The notes under the pieces are model-generated. The model did not search any database. It was not told the origin of the DNA and saw nothing but the letters and a program-made list of their open reading frames with translations. Of a stretch of 64,000 nucleotides of DNA, positions 55,389 to 64,000 are shown one piece after another. The stretch is taken from positions 40,176,001-40,240,000 of the forward strand of contig OZ024743.1 of NCBI GenBank assembly GCA_964016885.1, given 5' to 3'. Numbering within the stretch: position 1 is the first letter of the stretch; every line of letters starts with the position of its first letter. The position numbers and the translations under genes are program-made. The DNA is from Eledone cirrhosa. Taxonomy: Eukaryota.

Positions 55389-56337
55389 AGTCATTAAATA
55401 TATTAAATATTTTAGCCGTAATAATTTAGCGGTGGTTTTTCGGCGTAGGTGAGCTGCTTGTTACATTTTGTTTTGTTTACTTTTCTTCTTGTTTACCGGC
55501 TTTTGAAGTATCAATAAATAATCAATGAACTTATCAGAAACTTATTAAACCCATTGTGTCGACAGTGCAGTTAACTGAATATTCGAATCTCGTTTGTTGT
55601 GGTGCATTAATGACAAACCCGAGGTATTCGTTTGAAAAGTGTAGAAAGAAAACCGATTAAATCTAGTTTGCTCTTCTAGTTGGCATCCATCATAGTTATT
55701 CTCTCTGTATAAATTGACGTGGCTTTGAAAACCAAATCTGCTAGTCCGTATATACACGTACAAAAGTATTTATTGTATTTCCTATTTCTTAATACAATAT
55801 TTTGAATACGAATGTTATGTGTAAGTACTTAAAACGCTGGATGAGTAACACGCGCAACACCATGAAATAAATCTCAGAAGTTCCGTTGTTAATGGCCTTA
55901 TTTCTAAATCTCGTCGCGCTCGCTATGATGGTGAAATGAGGCAATGAATTAAATATTCAAGTCATGTAAATAGTTGTAAATGACATAGAAAAGAAATAGG
56001 ATGCGTCAGCCATAAAAAATCGAATTTTGCAACAACGAGACAACAAAACAGGCAAGGGAGCCAAATAAAAACGTCTACACAAGCATGTAAATGTGGTCCC
56101 GTAACTCATTGGTTTGTAGTGTTTCTAGGGCATTTTAAAACATGGTGTAACAGCATACCCTCTTGGTCTAAACACAACAAATTTCTTCCAGAGAAGGATA
56201 GGGAATGAGAGAATGGAAATGAATAAGAGATATAGAGGAAGAATCCGCCCCCAGTAATAGATTGGTACTTATGTCTTTAATGGACGAAAGGCAAAGGTGC
56301 TTTGAACTCGGAGACTAGAACGTTGTAATCAATACTG

Positions 56338-56376
<39 letters not shown>

Positions 56377-56566
56377 CAGGTTAGTAAAATCGAACTTTTG
56401 GCGGTGGCCAAGCTAACGAGATACAATAAGTTTTGTGTAAAGCATTCGATACGGGTGTATCACCTTAGGGTAATTAACATAAGTTAGACAGCGTGACAAA
56501 TTGAAAACTGCAGCAAGTAAGCTTAGCCACATTGACCAAATCAACGAAGATACATTAAGTATATGT

Positions 56567-57136
56567 TAGGGTGGCGCATATCTTGCTTCAGTTAACAAAA
56601 AACCGCTAGCCATCCGTCATCGACCGTGAAATTTTGAAGTTTTCAGATAAAAATGCTTTATCTTATATAATTTTCTCTTAATTTAAAAACTTGTTCAGAA
56701 TTATTATTGGTATTAGAAGGATAAGTGTCAATAAATATAATGGCTAAGGCAACTTCCAATGCTGGGGACAGAGCGTAGGTATAGGGCAAACACCTATTTT
56801 TCGGGGCAGGAGTAGCAAGATTTTAACTTTCTGAAAATTACCTATTGCTAAGGGCCACCCTAATATACATATATCCGTATGTGGTTGACAGCTGAGAGAA
56901 ATTAGAAGGCGGTGTTGAGTAATATATATATGTATAGTATATTTGGCAATATACTGTATGTTTAATTAAAAACATTTTGAAGACCTTGCGCTATTATTTT
57001 AAAGTAGTGACTATGTCCCTACTTTAAAATAATAGCACAAGATCTTCTAAATGTTTTTAATTAAAAATACAGTATAATGCCAAATATACTATACATACAT
57101 TCATGTATACATCGCAATTTCAGGGCACCAATCCTA

Positions 57137-57234
<98 letters not shown>

Positions 57235-58300
57235 ATACACATACATACACACACATATATATATATACTTTCCTTACTATCCTTGCTTTCATAGTTCTCC
57301 TTGCTCCCCTATTCTCATTGTATTTGAATGTAAACAAATATATAGATACAAGGAGAAATGCAGAGCAAGGAGATCAAGGAGAAAATGAGATGGAGAGCAA
57401 TGAGAAAAGGATAACAAGGGGACATGGACAAAAGGAGAGCAAGGAGAGCAAGAAGAGCAAGGATAGGTTAAGATAAATATTAAAGTTATATATATCAAGT
57501 TATGCTGGAAGCAGACAAAGGTGAAGAAATGGAAGAAGAAAAAGATACTGAAAACGTACATTCTGTACCAAAATGACTTTTCTTCCTCTACAAACATCGT
57601 GGTTTCGTCTTTTGTAACTCATGATACAAAAACTTTCTTCACAAGATTTTCTATCACCACCGATTTCCTCGACAAAGACCATTCAACAAGGAAGGGTACC
57701 TGGTTACAAAAGTGGACTTGAAATACTTGAGAAGACAGTTGTTGTGAATGATGTTGCAGAAAGAGGTGTCAAGCTCATTTAGGATTACAATAACCTTCTC
57801 ACAAAAGATGAAACTGAGAAACAATTTGTTTTACAGAACGTTACCAAAAACGAACTGCCACTAAATCTTCTCTCATGCAAAAATAATGTTCAATATTCAG
57901 TGTTCACATTATATTTTTTTTATTGTATAGAAATTATTGCTGTAAATAAAAATTCGTTTCACTTAGAGCTGTGTGCTTTATTAAGAAAACATAATATTTT
58001 TTTAATTTTCCATGATATTTCATAAATTTTTCAGATTAAGTATAGTTAATTTCGATTCAGAACGTTTTTTAAAATGTTCTGGGGTTGCCTGCATGTGTGT
58101 ACATAAGTTTCTCTAAGAAGATAAAAGAAAAGGGTCGAGATAGGGAACATTATACCACTTTTAAATATAATTAATCGTTGCGTATACTATTCCCAAATTC
58201 AACAGTTGTCCGATTGAAATTTTGCACGCCGCGTGTTTTCGTTGATTGGAACAAGATTAGGGAATGTATGCAGCAAAATGTTTACTTTCGAAAAATTACC
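56567..58300 (+). mobile_element. hATm-like DNA transposon remnants: short TIR element 56567-56862, transposase C-terminus ~57480-57880, right TIR ~58272-58300
   Basis: TAGGGTGG...CCACCCTA termini. AAAATTACCTATTG(C/T)-AAGGGCCA occurs at ~56834 and ~58272. Peptide VVNDVAERGVKLI*DYNNLLTKDETEKQFVLQ. The superfamily label is from recall. Confidence 0.6.
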
Positions 58301-58315
58301 TATTGTAAAGGGCCA

Positions 58316-58423
<108 letters not shown>

Positions 58424-58608
58424 ATAATAAAATTGCGAAGACTGAAATCCGAAGAGGGGCTCGATAAGCATTATATATATATAAAAACCGTAGTGCAAAT
58501 ACTTATTAAAATAACGGATTAAAGTTTAAGCAAAGAATCGGTGCTTTCTGAAGATCTCGTTATGGGCGAAGCAGCGATTCTTTGCTTAAACTCTAATCTG
58601 TTATTTTA

Positions 58609-58644
<36 letters not shown>

Positions 58645-58729
58645 TTTGATCTGCTTAACTTCAATAACTATGCTTGTAAATAACATTGTTTTCTTCCACA
58701 TTGACTTTTTTATGCTCTACATTATGCAC

Positions 58730-58976
58730 GTTTTTTTTTTTTTTTTTTTTTTTTTTCTTGTTTCTTGTTTCTTTTTTCTTTTTTCTTGTTTCTTGTTTCT
58801 TTTTTCTTTTTTCTTTTTTCTTTTTTCTTTTTTCTTTTTTCTTTTTTCTTTTTTCTTTTTCTTTTTTCTTTTTTTCTTTTTTTCTTTTTTTTCTTTTTTC
58901 TTTTTTCTTTTTTCTTTTTTTTTCTTTTTTCTTTTTTCTTTTTTCTTTTTTCTTTTTTCTTTTTCTTTTTTCTTTT
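58730..58976. repeat. (TTTTTTC)n low-complexity tract
   Basis: Direct reading of the sequence. Confidence 0.95.
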
Positions 58977-59060
58977 AACTTCATAAAGCTTGTTTGTAAA
59001 TAACATTATTCTTTCTGCACCTTCTGTTTAACATTTGCGACACCACACTAATACATTTCA

Positions 59061-59102
59061 CTATCATTTGATAATGCATAACAATGCTGAAACCGGTAAT
59101 AG
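59061..59102 (+). ncRNA. Hammerhead, U3-A8 variant, weak stem I
   Basis: TTGATAA-tGCAT aaca ATGCt-GAAA-CCGG-TA. Confidence 0.55.
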
Positions 59103-59296
59103 ACAATAATTAAATATATAAATAGATAAATAAATGCCATTTTCAAATAATAAATAAATCAACTAATACCTTAACACTTCACACAAAGTAAAACATTTTG
59201 TTTTAATCATTTTCTAACCCAGAAAAAATAGAGAGATAAACAAAAAAGGAAAAAAATATATATTGTTCTTCCTAATAATCGACTCTTTCTCCCTGT

Positions 59297-59329
<33 letters not shown>

Positions 59330-59330
<1 letters not shown>

Positions 59331-59770
59331 CCCTGATATACGATGTATTTATGCTGGAAAAGGGTGTGCATAATAGAAAGTCCATTGCCAGAACAGAAGG
59401 CCTTCCATGCGTATTTAGATCGGGGTCAACATTCCTTCCTACCATTCCTTTCCATGTCAGGTAGTGAATGCCAAAATGTGCCTTGAAGTCTCCCACTAAG
59501 ATATATGTCTCAGTCTTAATTACATCTAAACTGCCATGAATTCATCAAGGAAGGATATGTATTCGGACTCGGCCCATAAATTTTCACCACCCACAGCGAC
59601 CTATCTTTCAGCCTAAGCTTCAAATGGCAAATATTTCTTCGCAATAGAATCACGTCCATAACGCATTCTGACAGCGGGAGGCTTCTGAGCATCGCCACTC
59701 CAGCCTGTGCAGTCAAGCTCACGCCGCACCTAAAATAAAATCTCAAATTATAATTGCCACCTACCAGATA
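59330..59770 (-). pseudogene. LINE APE endonuclease fragment
   Basis: AQAGVAML, VVKIYGPS and LVGDFKAHFG..WKGMVGRN. Confidence 0.7.
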
Positions 59771-61114
59771 AGTGCACATTACGAAATAGATGCCTTGATT
59801 CGAGTATAGTATACCTGTGTACTGTAAATTCAGGCAAATCTACCTGTCACTAGATAGGTTCTACAGCTGGGGAGTTTAAGAAAAGGTAGTATGTCCACAG
59901 ACACTCCATGAAGAACCCTGTACTGGAGAAATCTACAATGCTCGCCCGTAAAATCTGACAGCTTAAGGACAAAAACCTAGAATATAAGATTAGCTGGTCG
60001 AACTTATCGAAGCAAAAGCCTACAGCAACGGTATGTCCCACTGCGGGCTTTGTAATTTAGAACTACTACATATTTTAAGGTACGATAGGATGCTGCTTAA
60101 CAGCAAAATAGAAAGATCTATTTTCTGTAGGCATAAAATAGCTACTAGATTTACTAACTTCAAACCACCATGATTTGAACCAGCAATCCCAAAATTAGTA
60201 CTGAACCACCTAGATTTTAACATATAGAACACACACCATTGCACCACTATTAGTTATCAAACTGCCAACCGGTCACTGGATCATAAATCTCTGTATACTT
60301 CTTCCACCCTCTCTCCATCAACCTCATTATGATAGAACAATCATCTAACATTTACAACATGCGTTTATCAAACGTCCCGTCATCCCTAGCCCATAAATAT
60401 AATACATGTATACATCAAATAATTTCTAATTCATTGTCTTTTCTTTTATCGGACCATCTACACATATTTATCTACATCTCAAATCTAGTTTCTCATGTTA
60501 GCACCAATGAATCCTTATAAGAATTATTAACATCTACGTGCAATCTCTCACTCATTTATTTCATTATATTTCCATTTCCTCATTTTCTTATTATTTTTAA
60601 TGTACCCTATCTTATATTTTACTTTATACTTTTTACAGCTGTAACTTCTCTATCTATTTACCATACATGTCTTATTATTGATGTTATTGTTTTAATTAGA
60701 CACTATTTTATTATTGATGTTATTGTTTTGGTTTTACGCTGTTTTTCTATGTAATTCTTGCTTCGAGTGAATTATTTTCATATATACATACCCTGATGTG
60801 TGGACCAGTGGTAAACAATGCATTGGAGATCGATTGACGCAACCCGAAGCGATTAGCGAACCCTACACGCACCTGATCAACGAATCAATTGTCACTACTT
60901 TAAATAAAGCCCTTATTGTACAGCCAACCATGTTACTCTTCTCTCTTTAACTATTATAACTCCAAGTGTAACCTGCATGAAAATTACCGCGATCTCGCTG
61001 CAAAACTATGGAAACAACTTGTTGAGTCAAAGAAAGCCGCACGTTAAAACTATCCACGACGCGGAGTACTCACAACCTCTAACTGGATTACCTATAACGA
61101 TAACTTGTTATCCC

Positions 61115-61231
<117 letters not shown>

Positions 61232-61301
61232 GAGAGAGAGAGAGATATGAGTGTATGTGTGTGTGTGTATTATATATATATATATATATATATGTTATAT
61301 A

Positions 61302-61845
61302 TTGAAAAAATGAAACGAAATTTCATTTCCCACCCTTAGTACGGCTGTTACTTAAATATAAGTATGTAGACGTACATGCATATATGTATACAGACGTACA
61401 GTAGTATGTATATATATATATATATATACATACATGCACACATATATATATGTACGTATGGATTCAACGAACATTTATAATAATGCTCGGTGTGTTTGTA
61501 AACAAACATCCCATATTAAGCCGTAGTGTCCAGCAACCATCGTTGCTCGTTTGTTCAACACTGACAAAGGAACGCTGTACTAGTTTCAAGCTTATTAGCT
61601 ATCGTCAGCAACGTATACCTTCCTGCAAGATTGTTGAACGTATATACTTACCTTACAAACGAGCAACGATGGTTGCTGGACACTACGGCTTAATACGGGA
61701 TGTTTGTTTACAAACACACCGAGCATTATAATAAATGTTCGGTGAATCCATACGTACATATATATATGTGTGCATGTATGTATACATATATACATACTAC
61801 TGTACGTCTGTATTCATATATGTATGTACGTCTACATACTTATGT
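61302..61845 (-). repeat. Rearranged copy of the ~425-bp retrozyme-like family, with an HHR at 61572-61614
   Basis: Reverse complement: ACGTTG-CTGACGA-tAGCT aata AGCTt-GAAA-CTAG-TA-CAGCGT. Confidence 0.88.
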
Positions 61846-61853
61846 TATATATA

Positions 61854-61935
<82 letters not shown>

Positions 61936-62609
61936 TATATAATATTTTGACAATAAGCTCTCAGTCCTTTACAATAATTAAGCTCCAGGAAAGGGGCATT
62001 TCTGAGCAGTTAAATACATTAAAATATATGATAAACACAAAACGTGTTTGCATTGCAAAAGACAGTCAGCTATTGATGAAATAAACTAATTAAAGTGAAT
62101 ACAATTTGTCTGTCTCGATATAAGTCAATAAAGACAAGTTTATATTGGCAACTGCCATGATTCCTGGACAGATTTAAATTTCAAAATCCAAACCTGTTCT
62201 GTAGACGAATTTGAACCTCGAAACCTAAATCCGTTTCGCAATGGTGGTATGTGAATTTAAAAAATAAAGAGAATCGAAATGGAATTGAAATAAAAAGTGA
62301 AATATCCAAATCTTCTGTGCATATCAACAGGAATTCAGTAGAAATTAGTACATCTCACATCAAAAAATTTTGCAAGTCTGACTACACGTGTATAGCCAGA
62401 CCAAACTAGCCGTCCCGCATTAACGGTGCTAGAAATAACAGCCATATATGCGGGATTAAAAATCAGCTCTAACATTTAAGGAGCAATATACTATATAATA
62501 TTTTGAGAATAAGCTCTCAGTCCTTTACAATAATTAAGCTCCAGGAAAGGCGCATTTCCGAGCAGTTAGCTAATGTCTGTTGCAATGCAAACACGTTTTG
62601 TGTTTATCA

Positions 62610-62644
<35 letters not shown>

Positions 62645-62734
62645 ACGAAGGAAATGTGGTAAGGAACAAGGTGGACCATAACGCACCAAATTACTCAATA
62701 CTTAGGGTAGTAGAGTGGGTAATAGGAACGAGTA

Positions 62735-62824
62735 GGACCCTGACGGCTGAGCTCAAGCCGTTTCGACGGCTATTTCAGTCCAGAAATAGCCGTCGAAACG
62801 GCTTGCGCTCTGCCGTCGGGGTCA
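62735..62824. repeat. Near-perfect ~90-bp palindrome built from the 3' half of a hammerhead
   Basis: GACGGCTATTTC agtcca GAAATAGCCGTC followed by GAAA-CGGC..GCCG-TC on both strands. Confidence 0.8.
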
Positions 62825-63127
62825 TACTTTTTCATATATATATATATATATATGTATATTTTTATAATCATAGTAAGGCTTTGATAAAGATATCCAAGGT
62901 GTAGTCAATCAGTACATGGGATGACTGTTTTATGTTTTATTATCTTTGAAACTGCAAAGAAGACATGACACAGGAAAAATATGCTCTCTTGCCTTTCTCC
63001 GTCTAATGTCTTCCTTGCAGTATTATATCTATATATATGTATGAACATGGTAAACATATAAAACAAACCAACCAGCACAGTGCAATGAGGAAGTATATTA
63101 ATTTTAAGTTTGATACATTAGGTAAAG

Positions 63128-63168
63128 TTTGTTAACGTTTCGAACGCTAGTCCGTCATCAGAAAATAA
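63128..63168 (-). ncRNA. Candidate minimal hammerhead, weak stem I
   Basis: Reverse complement: TTTT-CTGATGA-cGGAC tagc GTTC-GAAA-CG-TT-AAC. Confidence 0.45.
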
Positions 63169-64000
63169 AATGCGAAATCAAGAAGAAATAGAAACACAGA
63201 GGAAAGTGTGACATGGTAGAAACTAAAACGAATTTCTTTCAGGGAAAACAAGTGTATTCAAGTTACCATCTCTTGGTAATCCATTTAATCCGGCACTTAC
63301 ATATAACTATTTCAGTTCGCTCGTACCTCTTCATGTGTATGTGTTCTAATTGTTTTCACGGCTTTACTCTTGAGAGTTACATAGTGTCAATCAATATTTA
63401 ATATAATCGAATATATAGTGAATATAGTAAACTATAATGGCTCGGTGTATAATATCAATTATATTTGTATACAAATTCTTTCTTAGTAATGTATATGCAT
63501 GTAAATACTACAGCGTATAAGTACATATATGTATCCAGTCTACAATACACGCACAAGTTATAAACCACATATGAACTGTATATTTACACTTACACAAACA
63601 TAATCCCCCACACCGCAGACACACCCACTCACGAACACATCTCTATCTACTTATATTCAATGAGATTTCTATCAATTACACTTCCATGCATGTCTCTATG
63701 CACACTACCTTTAATGCATGCATATAAGCATGTATTGAATATATACCCTATATATGCATGATATATCTGCACACACACAAGCATAAACATTTTTTCTACA
63801 TTCATATTCCCACCCAGCCTTCAATAGAAGCAGAATATATACAACCTATATTTGCATACACATGCATGTTTTTCTGTCTGTATACATGCATTTAGCATAC
63901 CTGCATACATTATATATTTTGATATGGTATATATATATATACAATAACCAAATAGAAGCACACATCCCGTACGTGCGCACACACCGACAGATGCACACAT

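Overview
AT-rich eukaryotic (animal) non-genic DNA, dense in (TA)n/(CA)n/(CATA)n microsatellites. The SINE type and repeat landscape suggest a cephalopod/mollusc (inference). No host protein-coding gene could be supported, and most ORFs in the track are microsatellite read-throughs. The window is a mosaic of mobile elements: four Penelope-like retroelements (two near full-length Naiad-type copies at 11.2-14.6 kb and 43.2-47.8 kb, a Naiad 3' fragment at 22.3-24.6 kb, a Neptune-like GIY-YIG fragment at 1-2.8 kb), RTE, R4-like (RLE) and L1/Tx1 LINE remnants, an internally deleted Helitron, hATm-like remnants and tRNA-derived SINEs. The main signal is about 25 type I hammerhead ribozyme (HHR) motifs, some degenerate, found by eye. 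They lie in PLE terminal repeats and in non-coding modules embedded in (TA)n tracts, including three tandem-repeat families with one HHR per monomer (about 310, 424-472 and 655 nt), i.e. retrozyme-like arrays predicted to yield circular RNAs. Unusual variants include U3-A8 compensatory cores, U.U-closed stem II with an AACA loop, a branched ~95-nt stem II, fold-back palindromes centred on HHR stem II, and an octamer ATGCAAAT fixed 88 nt upstream of the HHR core in all five monomers that retain that region. All folds are by hand and are untested.
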